A DNA stretch of 64,000 nucleotides. Origin: Nannocystales bacterium. Lineage in GTDB: Bacteria > Myxococcota_A > Polyangia > Nannocystales > Nannocystaceae. The notes beneath the pieces are model-generated. The model made no database searches. It was not told the origin of the DNA and worked only from the letters and a program-made list of their open reading frames with translations. Location of the stretch: positions 288,001 to 352,000 of the forward strand of contig JBOEGF010000024.1 of assembly GCA_050633305.1 (NCBI GenBank). Direction: 5' to 3'. Within the stretch, counting starts at the first letter, position 1. Every line of letters starts with the position of its first letter. The position numbers and the translations under genes are program-made. This document shows, in pieces, positions 53,601 to 62,579 of the stretch.

Positions 53601-53776
53601 ACCTGCAACGGGCATCGGAGACCGCAAGCAACGATGAGGAGCAGAGCTCGGCGGCGTACGAGCTTGCGGTCGTCTACGAAAAGACGGGCGACAACGCGGC
53701 CGCCATCGAGTTGTTCGAGGGCATTGCCGCTGGGTTCCGGGAACGCGACACCAAGCTTGCACAGCTTCGAGGCTGA
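50618..53776 (+). CDS. sgmX: TPR protein, SgmX-like (MglA effector that activates T4P)
   Basis: N-terminal TPR array (DPKDVR, LAELYSRE), acidic Pro-rich linkers, EARVYVKY and EIRFYLDQG motifs, C-terminal TPRs DLGMAYREMGL. Directly after accC as in M. xanthus (recalled). Confidence 0.8.
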   Translation: MAFSKDKAHDRAEKYAARGQHDRAAREYQTIVEHDPKDVRAWLMLADSLARTGDRAGAVSRYQQVGDFYASSREFQKALAVYRQVLNLDPSRLDIHYKCAQLNMEVGRVHDAIASFESIAQNQLQSGRVAEALETYRTIADADPTVVSKRLRLAELYSREKMVDPAVESFRMASQVLLDAGRHADYVRVAERLVYHKPTDRETIRELARVYLHLGDARRALMKLNGLLQADPGDAAGLELLAETFMALGKPDKASSVIGELVRKLREAGDDAAASRALDMGLDWIPNDAELLALRGVRGSGAAQPAVADPVPTPAAGPSSAPEPTPEPRLQPNPEPVDPSDSDSDAIDLELDDSDVVELDDGDFVLTDGDAAPDDFSDGIDLDFAGASNAEILPARAEPDPDPERDPGPDPSTSMTDHVLEEVSQSSARGQDLGAEGSLVDASGLTDSDKLLFEARVYVKYRLFDHALEHLEPLLTEHPEHVPALSLSARSLTELERLEEAASMHARIAVLVEGGDPKLAREHVQAALAVSPRHPEALAVQSRLEGGAADAHGTPQVDDILDFDEGVADDALELDDIAIDVAEPEAELELDTNPIVVENRFGISEAGPLPEADPNAGLALSIAPTEQMQALQRARNSEDTPATAFIPRHPTVEMDAGPPERSPTAVDIESKAAAHAEAPNDGDVGHSEAIAELLDDEDSSLLELDPDPQEASFADLELPEPGLEPGPEPERVAESVGEPETPTPARVTAPEPDFDAEFDAAFEDGFDELLDVDAPEPVLSQPEPVPTPAAEPVAAPAAEPQAEPALQPPGGWPDLSDDLAEIRFYLDQGLDEDADAALAELAEEHPGHPEIAKMRGEVSGVQSPAPAESAGAMPLVDLDGAEAAEADGNPVSADADADEDAYLSAIFGGGGEKSPKGAAKTQNSVGVSAKAQDVAGANARDRFDLGMAYREMGLVDSAVAEFEGACSDPQWESRARVMLGALRVLQGDIDAAVSDLQRASETASNDEEQSSAAYELAVVYEKTGDNAAAIELFEGIAAGFRERDTKLAQLRG

Positions 53777-53778
53777 CC

Positions 53779-54963
53779 ATGGCCGACTCCGACAAGCCAG
53801 GACCTTCGACGCGAGCTGTTCACGACGGCGAGCCGAGGGTCCGGGCGGATCGGAGCATCGCGACCCCGGTCGTGCATGCGAGCACGTTCCCCTTCGAGAA
53901 CACCGCGGAGCTCGTGTCGTTCATGCGGGGCGAGCACGAGCGGCCTCAAGAGTACGGCCGGTACGGCAACCCCACCGTCGCTGCCTGTGAAGCCAAGCTC
54001 GCGGCGTTGGAAGGCGGCGAGTCGGCCGTGCTGACCAGCTCGGGGATGTCTGCGATCACGACCACGCTGTTCGCGATGCTCAAAGCGGGCGCCCACGTGG
54101 TGTTCACCAGCGACGTGTACCGAAAGACTCGTCACTTCGCGCTGTCGGTCCTGCAGCGATACGGGGTCGAGGTCGACATTGTTCCGCCGAGCGTCGAGGC
54201 CCTTCGTGCCGCGATGCGACCCGCGACGAAGGTCGTCTTCACAGAGGCTCCCACCAACCCCTATGGGCGCTTGGTCGACCTCGATGGGTTGGTCGCGCTT
54301 GCGAAGGAGCACCGCGCCAAGACGATCATCGACGCCACCTTTGCGACGCCGGTCAACATGCGGCCGCTCGAGCACGGCATCGACCTCGTCATCCACTCCA
54401 CGACCAAGTACCTCGGGGGGCATAACGATTTGCTCGGCGGTGTCGTGGTCGGTAAGCGGCCGATGCTGGAGGCGATTCGCGAGCAGCACGGCACGTTGGG
54501 AGCGGTGGCCGATCCGCAAACCGCTTTCCTCACGATGCGCGGCATCAAGACGCTCGGCCTGCGCGTCGCGCAGCAGAACCAGACCGCGTTGAGGCTCGCG
54601 GCGATGCTGGAGGGGCACCCGGCGGTGGCCCAGGTCTGGTACCCGATGCTGGAGAGCCACCCCGACCATGAGCTGGCCCGCCGCTACCTGCGAGGGGGCG
54701 GCGGTGTGCTGTCGTTCGAGCTGTGCGGTGGGCTGGACGCGGGCACCCGACTCGTCGACGCTGTGCGAATCCCCAAGTTGGCGGCCTCGCTGGGCGGGGT
54801 GGAGAGCCTGATCGAGCAGCCGCCCTTGATGAGTTTCTTCGAGCTTTCCCCGGAGCAGCGGGCCGCGTTGGGCATCAAAGAAGGCCTGATCCGGATGAGT
54901 GTGGGCATCGAGGACGCGCAGGACCTCGAAGCCGACCTCCAGCGCGCGCTCGACGGGCTCTAA
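53779..54963 (+). CDS. PLP-dependent Cys/Met metabolism enzyme (cystathionine gamma-synthase-like)
   Basis: Motifs YGRYGNPT, SSGMSAI, EAPTNP, DATFATP, HSTTKYLGGHND, SLGGVESL, RMSVGIED. Confidence 0.92.
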   Translation: MADSDKPGPSTRAVHDGEPRVRADRSIATPVVHASTFPFENTAELVSFMRGEHERPQEYGRYGNPTVAACEAKLAALEGGESAVLTSSGMSAITTTLFAMLKAGAHVVFTSDVYRKTRHFALSVLQRYGVEVDIVPPSVEALRAAMRPATKVVFTEAPTNPYGRLVDLDGLVALAKEHRAKTIIDATFATPVNMRPLEHGIDLVIHSTTKYLGGHNDLLGGVVVGKRPMLEAIREQHGTLGAVADPQTAFLTMRGIKTLGLRVAQQNQTALRLAAMLEGHPAVAQVWYPMLESHPDHELARRYLRGGGGVLSFELCGGLDAGTRLVDAVRIPKLAASLGGVESLIEQPPLMSFFELSPEQRAALGIKEGLIRMSVGIEDAQDLEADLQRALDGL

Positions 54964-55035
54964 CTGGCGCTCGGTCGCGCAAGGGGCGCGGGGAACACGC
55001 GGAGGCTGCGGCCCACACGGATGGCGCTGAGGCCT

Positions 55036-55064
55036 TTGTCACCGGGCTGGGACTTTGCTATGCA
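55036..55064 (+). promoter_or_regulatory. Putative sigma-70 promoter of tig
   Basis: TTGTCA-17 nt-TATGCA with extended -10 TG. Confidence 0.45.
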
Positions 55065-55096
55065 GCCGTCCTCCCGCGACGCGAGGACCAAGAAAA

Positions 55097-56443
55097 ATGG
55101 AAAGTAGCATCGAGCGCATCAGTCCCGTCGAGTGTCGAGTCAAGGTGGAGATTCCGTGGGCGGATGTCTCGACGCGGCTCATTGGCAAGATGCGTGACCT
55201 TCGTCGTCAGGCGCGTCTGCCTGGCTTCCGCGCTGGCAAAGTGCCGGACAAGGTTCTTGAGCAGCGGTTCGGCAAAGGCGTCCGCGAAGAGCTCGCCGGA
55301 GAGCTCGTCCAAGAGACCTTTCAAACGGCGATGACCGAGCACGAGACGCAGCCGCTGACACAGCCGGTCGTCGAGGAGAGCTCGCTCGAGAAACAGCAGC
55401 CGTTTCGATACCAGGCACGTTTCGAGGTTCGCCCCGAGATCGAGCCCAAGGACTACACCGGCGTCTCCGTCCGTCGCCGTCCGGCCGTGGTCGATTCCGC
55501 GAAGGTCGATGCCGACCTCGAGGAACGCCGCAAGAAGCTGACCGAACTTCGGCCGCTGCCCGAGGACGACAAGCGTGAAGAAACCGCCGCTGGCGATGTC
55601 TGGACCATCGACGTCGAGGGCACCTTGGGCGAGCAGCGGGTCGCTCGCAAGGACGTCCGCGTCGACATCGGCGAGACCGAGAGCGAGTTCATCCCTGGCC
55701 TCAGCGCCGCGCTCGAGAGCCTGAAGCTCTCCGAAGTTGGCTCGATCAAGACGATCTCTTTCACGCCCCCCGAGGACCGAATCCGGGCCGAGCTCAAAGG
55801 ACAAGAAGCCAAGCTCGAGCTGGGTCTGCGTGAGGTCCGACTCAAGTACGTCCCCGAGCTCGACGACGAGTTCGCCAAGGACACGGGCGACGCCGAGACG
55901 CTCGAGGAGCTCAAGGCCAAGATCTCTGAGGACATCAAGAAGGCGGACGGGGACGAAGCCGAGCGTGAAGCCCGTCGTCGTCTCCTCACCTCGTTGCTCG
56001 AGGGCAACGAGTTCGAGCCTGCTCCCTCGATGGTCGCTCGCGAGGTGGCTGCACAGCTCGACCAGACCAAGCGTCAGCTCGCCCAGCAGGGCATGCGGCT
56101 GGAGCACATGGGCACGAACGAGCAGCAGTACGCTGCTCGCATCCGGCCCGAGGCCCTGTTCAACGTCAAAGCGTTCCTTCTGCTCGACGCGATCGGCAAG
56201 AAGGAGACCATCGAGGTCAGCGATGAGGACGTGCAGGCTCGTGTCAACGAGATGGCCGAGGAGTCCGGGCAAAACGTCGACCGCATGCGCGCATCGATGG
56301 AGAAGAGCGGACAGCTCGTGATGATTCAGGCCGGTCTTCGCGAAGAGCGGATCTTCGACTTTCTCATGGAGAAGGCCGAAGTCACCGAGGCGCCCGACCC
56401 CGAGCCCGAAGGCGACGCACCGGCCGACGGCGACAACGGCTGA
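55097..56443 (+). CDS. tig: Trigger factor
   Basis: PGFRAGKVP signature, FIPG, PELDDEFAK. Upstream of clpP-clpX. Confidence 0.95.
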   Translation: MESSIERISPVECRVKVEIPWADVSTRLIGKMRDLRRQARLPGFRAGKVPDKVLEQRFGKGVREELAGELVQETFQTAMTEHETQPLTQPVVEESSLEKQQPFRYQARFEVRPEIEPKDYTGVSVRRRPAVVDSAKVDADLEERRKKLTELRPLPEDDKREETAAGDVWTIDVEGTLGEQRVARKDVRVDIGETESEFIPGLSAALESLKLSEVGSIKTISFTPPEDRIRAELKGQEAKLELGLREVRLKYVPELDDEFAKDTGDAETLEELKAKISEDIKKADGDEAEREARRRLLTSLLEGNEFEPAPSMVAREVAAQLDQTKRQLAQQGMRLEHMGTNEQQYAARIRPEALFNVKAFLLLDAIGKKETIEVSDEDVQARVNEMAEESGQNVDRMRASMEKSGQLVMIQAGLREERIFDFLMEKAEVTEAPDPEPEGDAPADGDNG

Positions 56444-56485
56444 TCTGGCGGATTTCGCCGGCTGCGGCCGGCTGCCGCCGCATGG

Positions 56486-56515
56486 AGGGGCGTCTCGATG
56501 AGGCGTCCCTTTTTT
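56486..56515 (+). terminator. Rho-independent terminator after tig
   Basis: aggggcgtctc-gat-gaggcgtccct followed by ttttt. Confidence 0.75.
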
Positions 56516-56824
56516 CGTTCGGCGGCAGAAGGCGCCTTGCGCCAGGTCCGGTCACACCCGATCTGGGACGCTTCCCCGGTCAGCCGGGGCGGGGGCCTAC
56601 CGTTTTGGACCGCTCCAGGGCCTCAAAACCTGCGTTTGGGCGCCGATGACGGCACTTGCATCGTGCGGCTCTGCCGGCCACCATTGCTTCAGGACGATGT
56701 CCTCGTGTCGTTCTCGGGCCGTTCTCGGCCTGGGGCCTTGCATCCAGCCTCCGGGCGTCGCAAAGGAGACCCAGACAGCGTTCTCGCCGCGAGACTGCTT
56801 CACCCCACTCGACCTCCGAAGTTC

Positions 56825-57529
56825 ATGGCCGACCACAACCCATTCGGTGATCCCTCGATGTTCCCCTCTCCCCAAGCGACGCCCGCAATGTCCCAGATGT
56901 CCCAAATGTCCTGGGGCGGCGAGCCCTCCGCAAATATTCCGTTTGTCATCGAGCAGACGGTTCGAGGCGAACGCTCGTGGGACATCTACTCCCGCCTGCT
57001 CAAGGACCGCATCATCCTGCTGGGCACGCCGATCAACGACCAGGTCGCCAACTCGATCGTCTCCCAGCTGCTCTACCTCGAGTCCGATGACCCGGACAAA
57101 GAGATCCGGCTGTACGTCAACAGCCCCGGCGGCGTGGTCACCGCGGGCCTGGCGATCTACGACACCATGCAGTTGATCCGCCCGAAGGTTGCGACCTACT
57201 GCATGGGGCAAGCCGCGTCGATGGCGGCGGTCATTGTCGCCGCCGGCGCCTCGGGCAAACGCTTGGCGCTGCCGAACGCGCGCATCATGATTCACCAGCC
57301 GCACGGCGGGTCTCAGGGCCAAGCCACGGACATTGAGATTCAGGCGAAGGAAATCCTTCGGCTCAAGGCGCGCCTCAACGAAATCCTCGCTACGCACTGC
57401 GGGCGGGGCGTCGAAGATATCTTGCGCGATACGGAACGGGACATGTTCATGGACGCCGATACGGCCAAACGGTACGGTTTGGTGGACGAGGTCATCCAGA
57501 AACGGTCCGACGACGGGGACGAGACCTAG
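56825..57529 (+). CDS. clpP: ATP-dependent Clp protease proteolytic subunit
   Basis: Motifs [36 protein letters not shown]. Confidence 0.96.
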   Translation: MADHNPFGDPSMFPSPQATPAMSQMSQMSWGGEPSANIPFVIEQTVRGERSWDIYSRLLKDRIILLGTPINDQVANSIVSQLLYLESDDPDKEIRLYVNSPGGVVTAGLAIYDTMQLIRPKVATYCMGQAASMAAVIVAAGASGKRLALPNARIMIHQPHGGSQGQATDIEIQAKEILRLKARLNEILATHCGRGVEDILRDTERDMFMDADTAKRYGLVDEVIQKRSDDGDET

Positions 57530-57549
57530 TCTCATCGACCCATCCCCAA

Positions 57550-57597
57550 CACCAGCTAGACCAAGACAGACCAAGCCTTGACCAGGCCCTGACCAGG
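57550..57597 (+). repeat. Phased GACCA(A/G)G direct repeats in the clpP-clpX spacer
   Basis: GACCA at 57559, 57569, 57580 and 57591, plus CACCA at 57550. Confidence 0.7.
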
Positions 57598-57640
57598 AAT
57601 CGATGACGGATCCCGGACGAGAAGGATCGAAGGACAGCAG

Positions 57641-58900
57641 ATGAGCACCTCGAAACGAGACAACGGCCACGGAAATCTGAGCTGTTCCTTTTGCGGAAAG
57701 TCGCAAAAGGAAGTCAAGAAGCTCATCGCTGGGCCTTCTGTGTACATCTGCGACGAGTGCATTTCCTTGTGCAACGACATCCTCGCCGAGGAAGTTCAGA
57801 AGGAAGAGCGCCAGCAGGGGGTCGGCAAAGTGCCGAAGCCGAAGGAGATTCGCGAGATCCTCGATGACTACGTCATCGGCCAGGACTCCGCGAAAAAGAT
57901 CATCTCGGTCGCGGTCTACAACCACTACAAGCGCATCAACGCCACCCGGAAGGCCGACGAAGCAGAGCTCCAGAAGAGCAACATCCTGCTCATCGGACCG
58001 ACCGGCTCCGGCAAGACATTGCTGGCCCAGACGCTGGCCCGCATCCTCGATGTGCCCTTCGCCATCGCGGACGCCACCAGCCTGACCGAGGCCGGCTACG
58101 TCGGCGAGGATGTCGAGAACATCATTGTCAGCCTGCTTCAGAACGCCGACCACGACGTCGAGCGAGCGCAGCGCGGCATCATCTACGTCGACGAGATCGA
58201 CAAGATTGCACGCAAGGGCGACAACCCTTCGATCACCCGCGATGTGTCGGGCGAAGGCGTCCAGCAGGCGTTGCTGAAGATCCTCGAGGGGACGGTTGCT
58301 TCCGTTCCCCCCAAGGGCGGTCGCAAGCACCCTCAGCAGGACTTCCTACAAGTCGACACGACCAACATCCTCTTCATCTGCGGCGGTGCGTTCGCGGGCA
58401 TCGAGGACATCATCGAGCACCGTGTCTCCGCCAAGAGCATGGGATTCGGGGCCAAGGTCGAGTCGAAGAAAGAGCTGCGCAGCTGGGAGCTGATGCAGGA
58501 GGTTCAAAACGCCGACCTGCACAAGTTCGGGCTCATCCCCGAGTTCATCGGTCGCCTGCCCGTGGTGGCCCCGCTTCAGGAACTCGACGAGGACGCTTTG
58601 GTCAAGATCCTCACCGAGCCCAAGAACGCGCTCGTCAAACAGTACGTCCGGTTGCTTGAGATGGACGAGGTGGAGCTCAAGTTCACCGACGAGGCCTTGG
58701 TCGCCGTCGCCTCCAAGGCCAAGCGGCAGCGCTCCGGTGCTCGTGGTCTACGGTCCATCCTCGAGAAGGCGATGCTGGAAGTCATGTACGACATCCCCAG
58801 CGTCGAGAACATCGCCGAGGTGGTCGTCAGCGAGGAGTGCATCTCCGAGGACAAGCGTCCCACGCTCATCTTCAAGCACGAGAAGAAAGAAGCCTCGTAG
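57641..58900 (+). CDS. clpX: ATP-dependent Clp protease ATP-binding subunit ClpX
   Basis: C4 zinc finger CSFCGK...[33 protein letters not shown] loop, GARGLR. Confidence 0.97.
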   Translation: MSTSKRDNGHGNLSCSFCGKSQKEVKKLIAGPSVYICDECISLCNDILAEEVQKEERQQGVGKVPKPKEIREILDDYVIGQDSAKKIISVAVYNHYKRINATRKADEAELQKSNILLIGPTGSGKTLLAQTLARILDVPFAIADATSLTEAGYVGEDVENIIVSLLQNADHDVERAQRGIIYVDEIDKIARKGDNPSITRDVSGEGVQQALLKILEGTVASVPPKGGRKHPQQDFLQVDTTNILFICGGAFAGIEDIIEHRVSAKSMGFGAKVESKKELRSWELMQEVQNADLHKFGLIPEFIGRLPVVAPLQELDEDALVKILTEPKNALVKQYVRLLEMDEVELKFTDEALVAVASKAKRQRSGARGLRSILEKAMLEVMYDIPSVENIAEVVVSEECISEDKRPTLIFKHEKKEAS

Positions 58901-58926
58901 GCCGCTCGCGACCTTTGTCGCTACAG

Positions 58927-58964
58927 ACGCCTCGCACCCATTCGTGGGCTGCGAGGCGTTCTTC
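58927..58964. terminator. Hairpin/terminator between convergent clpX and protease genes
   Basis: acgcctcgca-cccattcgtgggc-tgcgaggcgt followed by tcttc. Confidence 0.65.
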
Positions 58965-58980
58965 GTTCCGCTTGCGCCGA

Positions 58981-60954
58981 TCAGAAGCAAGGCGCGCGGG
59001 GGGTCACGTCGAACGGCTCCGGCGAGGGGAGGGTCTGCCGCAGGTACTCGTACTCCTCGACGCAGAAGCGAGACGGGCCGGCACCTTCGAGTTCGGCGCG
59101 CTCCTCAAAGGGTCGGTCGGCGTCCATCAGGCGGTCTTCCTGGTCTCCCTCGTTGTGGATGCTGGGCCCGTACGGATCGGCGAGGCCGAGGCTGTGCCCC
59201 AGCTCGTGCGAGATGGTGCTCCCCACGAGCGTGCCCAGGGCATGGATCGCACAGGCGAGTTGCTCGGGACGGGATGTCGTCGTCGGGACGGGGCACCCCG
59301 CGGGGTCAACAGAAGGGAGCTCGCTTGCGAGGTCTGCAGCGAGCACGGGCTGGCCGCCAGCGTCGGGACGGAACGGATCGAAGAGCAGGTCGAAGCGCGC
59401 GTCGGACCGGACCGGTTCGGCCAGATCCCCCGGGTGCTCGGAGTACCCGAAGAGGGACTCGATGAAGACGCCTCCATAGCCGGGAAAGCCGTCCTCCTGG
59501 GTCTGGGCGTTGGTGCCTCCGATGCGGTCGTACAAGCGCCGGTTGTCCGTGTCCTTGCCTGGCGTGTTGTCGTAGCCCAGCAGGCCGAGTCCGTTGGGAT
59601 CTCGTCCACCGATGTCGACCTCGGCGAACAGGGCGAAGTCTTCGGGCCGAGTTTCACGGACCTCGAGGTTGAGCGTGGCGAAGTCTCGGTTGATCACCTC
59701 AATCGCCCGCGCCCGGATCCGAGAGTCGACTGCGCGCAGACCGAAAGCCCGCAGTCCCTCCTTGTAGGCGGGGGTGAAGTTGACCCAAACCACCTGGCGA
59801 ACGGGCTCGAGACGAAAGGCGAGCGCGGTGGCGCTTCCCTCGACCTCCACGCCCTCGTAGGCGATGATCGGCGTGACCAGTCCTTCGAACAGACCCGCCT
59901 CCGTCCTGACGTCACTGACGGCGGAGGCCAAGCCGTCTTCCTCGTTGACGACGTAGCGCACGAGACGGCCGCCGACGAACTCTGGGAACAACAACTCGTT
60001 GAGCTCGACCGGAATACCCGAGAGGTCGGGGGTGAAGATGCCGTCGAAGCGGAGCACCGTGTCACCCTGGGCATCGCCCCCGAGAAAGCCTGCGCCTTCG
60101 ATGGTGACGTACCTGCCCAGACTCGCTGCGGTGGTGTCGACGCCGTACAGGGCGGGCTCGACCAAGTCCCAGGTGACCGGGGTCGCCAACGAAGAGACGA
60201 CATCCCCGCCGATGTGCTCGTTTTGAAATGTCACGGTCCCTTCGAAACGGCCGGGCTGGATGCCTGCGATGCCAGGTTCGAAGGCGAAGACCCCTTCGGC
60301 GCGGTTGTGGTCGGTGGCGGGCTCGACAGCGACCGCCGCGACGGCCGTGGGAACGCAGTCTGAAGTGTCCGCTCGGGTGAAGCATCCCTCGAGGACGGCG
60401 TACGTGGTGCCTTCCGAACCCAGGAGAATTCCGTCTCCCGCCGCCGCGAGCGGCTCGTTGGGAAAGATGACGCTGCTGGGCGTGAGGAGCGTGAGCTGCG
60501 GGACCAGGGTTTGTGCGACGTTGAACTCGATCTGCGAGGCGGCGGAGCGATACAGCCGTCCGTCGACGGAACTGCGGACCTCGATCTGTGCGGTGCCCTG
60601 GAACACCGCCGAGTCTCCATCGCTGAGCAGGTCGATGGCTTCGCCGTCGAGGTCGACTTCGAGACGGGTGAAGTCCACAAAACGAGCTGGAAGCCGGACG
60701 ATGCGTCCGTCGGTGCCGGTCCCGGTGTCGATCTCTCCATCGAGCACGAGTGTGGACTCGCCCCACGGGTCATCGACGAATGCGTCGCCGGTGACGACCA
60801 GGGTTGAGCCCACCAGCACGGTTCCGGGCGAGACGGATTGAAGCTCGAGGTCGACGAGTGCAGTGTCGACGACAGCGCGTCCGTCGGGCTCGTCCCTGCA
60901 TTGCGCGAGGGCCAGCAGGGCGAGCAGCGGAGCGCGTCGGCTCAGTTGTTTCAT
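58981..60954 (-). CDS. Lipoprotein with Ig-like N-terminal domains and C-terminal zinc-metallopeptidase motif
   Basis: Lipobox LALAQC, HELGHSLGL (HExxH), downstream RLMD Met-turn-like segment. Confidence 0.7.
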   Translation of the reverse strand: MKQLSRRAPLLALLALAQCRDEPDGRAVVDTALVDLELQSVSPGTVLVGSTLVVTGDAFVDDPWGESTLVLDGEIDTGTGTDGRIVRLPARFVDFTRLEVDLDGEAIDLLSDGDSAVFQGTAQIEVRSSVDGRLYRSAASQIEFNVAQTLVPQLTLLTPSSVIFPNEPLAAAGDGILLGSEGTTYAVLEGCFTRADTSDCVPTAVAAVAVEPATDHNRAEGVFAFEPGIAGIQPGRFEGTVTFQNEHIGGDVVSSLATPVTWDLVEPALYGVDTTAASLGRYVTIEGAGFLGGDAQGDTVLRFDGIFTPDLSGIPVELNELLFPEFVGGRLVRYVVNEEDGLASAVSDVRTEAGLFEGLVTPIIAYEGVEVEGSATALAFRLEPVRQVVWVNFTPAYKEGLRAFGLRAVDSRIRARAIEVINRDFATLNLEVRETRPEDFALFAEVDIGGRDPNGLGLLGYDNTPGKDTDNRRLYDRIGGTNAQTQEDGFPGYGGVFIESLFGYSEHPGDLAEPVRSDARFDLLFDPFRPDAGGQPVLAADLASELPSVDPAGCPVPTTTSRPEQLACAIHALGTLVGSTISHELGHSLGLADPYGPSIHNEGDQEDRLMDADRPFEERAELEGAGPSRFCVEEYEYLRQTLPSPEPFDVTPRAPCF

Positions 60955-62501
60955 GAGTGGGGCGGAGCTCCTGCCAGCCCGGGGTGGGCTGGCGCGTGAC
61001 CCTGCGTCGGGTCATGAACGTACGCCCCGGGCACGTGCATCCCCGGATGCCCCGGATGCCCAGGACCCGGCGGTGGCGCGGGACCTTGCATGGCGGTCTG
61101 CTTGGCGTCTTCTTCAAGGCCGCGGACCAGCCCGAGCAACGCCCCTCCAAAGAAGAACGGGAGCTTGGTGAAGAGGCTGTTGGGCAACAGGTCGACCGCG
61201 AACAAGGCGCAGATGATCGCCAGAGCGTCCACGTACAGCCGCCCTTCCTTGGGGATCTTGTGAGCCCGTCTCCAGGTGATGAAGATCGGCGCGAGGATCA
61301 GCCCGAAGGTGGCGATGAACCCGATGATGCCGCGGCCACCGATGCGAATGATCCATTCGCCGTCGGTCAGGCAGATGTCGTTGCCGCGTTCGTCGTAGAC
61401 CCGGTTGCGGCCATAGCCCCCCCAACCAAACGTCAGCCGCTCCGAAGCACGTTCGTAGAGAATGTCCTCGTTGTAGAAGCGAACGTGCAGTGACTCGGCG
61501 CGCTCCGGAGATATCTCGGTGAGCCATTCGATGAACGAGTAGACGTCGAACACCTGCCACGCACGGATCGGTGGATACAGCAGGACCAAGATCGCCAACG
61601 CGACCGCAGCGGTGATCGCAAGCTTTCCCCTCGAGGCGAGGATGATCGGTACGGCGACCAACGTGTAGAGCAACGCGGCCACGTTGTGCGAGAGCGCCAA
61701 CGTGACCATCAGGATCGCCACCGCTGCGAGAGCGGGAAGCCCGAAGATGTTCTCCTTGCGTTTGGCGAGCACCGCCGCACAGGAGGTCGCGCAGAACAGG
61801 AACGTCGCGACGGCGAGGCCCGAGTTCTGAAACAGGACCGGCTTGAATCCGTCTCCGCGGACAACCCCCGCGATACCGGTGGAAGCGTAGCCGTAGACCC
61901 ACTTGTGGACCTGCGGCGAGATACGAGCTTCGAGCAAGCATCCGGGCGCGTAGATCAACGCGAGGATGACGATCCCTCGCATCAGCATCCGCCCATCCTG
62001 CGTGTTGCGGAACGCGACACGTCCCATCAGGAACGGGATGTACATCGACAGGGTGTCCCGCACGGTCACGGCGACGATGTCGTTGGACCTGTGCCCTGAG
62101 AGGATGCGGGGTTCCGCGACGAGGTTCCCCGCCTTGTCCCACCAGTAGACGCCAAAACTCAGCGTGTCCTGGTTGGTCATCACGGTGCCGATGTTGCCGA
62201 ACAGCAGAAGGACGAAGAAGAGGTCGACGCCGCGAAACGGCTTGGAACGCAGGAGACGATCCTTGTGCACCAGGTACGCGGCGGTCAGGCTCATCAGCCC
62301 GGAGAACTCGTACTTGCTCAGCGGCGGCACGAGGGGGGCGTCGAAGGCCACCAACTCGGGCAGAAACATCACGCCGACGAAGAAGATGTAGAAGACCGTC
62401 CGTGTCGCGTTCTGCTTGGCTGCGGTCACCGCGTAGCCGAGAGCCGCGGGCACGTACAACAGCAGGGCCACGAAAGGCCTCACGTCGGGCGGGGATGCCA
62501 C
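60951..62501 (-). CDS. O-antigen ligase/polymerase (Wzy/WaaL-like) membrane protein
   Basis: About 11 TM segments with EARISPQ, RAESL.xRF.NE, FGWGGYGRNR, TDGEWI. Divergent from a flippase. Confidence 0.8.
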   Translation of the reverse strand: MASPPDVRPFVALLLYVPAALGYAVTAAKQNATRTVFYIFFVGVMFLPELVAFDAPLVPPLSKYEFSGLMSLTAAYLVHKDRLLRSKPFRGVDLFFVLLLFGNIGTVMTNQDTLSFGVYWWDKAGNLVAEPRILSGHRSNDIVAVTVRDTLSMYIPFLMGRVAFRNTQDGRMLMRGIVILALIYAPGCLLEARISPQVHKWVYGYASTGIAGVVRGDGFKPVLFQNSGLAVATFLFCATSCAAVLAKRKENIFGLPALAAVAILMVTLALSHNVAALLYTLVAVPIILASRGKLAITAAVALAILVLLYPPIRAWQVFDVYSFIEWLTEISPERAESLHVRFYNEDILYERASERLTFGWGGYGRNRVYDERGNDICLTDGEWIIRIGGRGIIGFIATFGLILAPIFITWRRAHKIPKEGRLYVDALAIICALFAVDLLPNSLFTKLPFFFGGALLGLVRGLEEDAKQTAMQGPAPPPGPGHPGHPGMHVPGAYVHDPTQGHAPAHPGLAGAPPHS

Positions 62502-62579
62502 GCCGGAAGGATATCAACGCAAGCGGCGAGGTTCGATTGCCAGGCAAATCGGACCTGCGCTAGCGTCCCCCCCGACCGC

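Noticed and set aside
54964..55096. tRNA-Leu often found upstream of tig, and a gtcctc/gaggac hairpin masking the tig SD (RNA thermometer idea)
   Set aside because: No cloverleaf or TTCGA/CCA motif is seen. The predicted TSS (~55071) would cut the 5' arm of the hairpin.
58837..60363. 508-aa plus-strand ORF after clpX
   Set aside because: Antisense to the HExxH lipoprotein, which has a lipobox and a catalytic motif.
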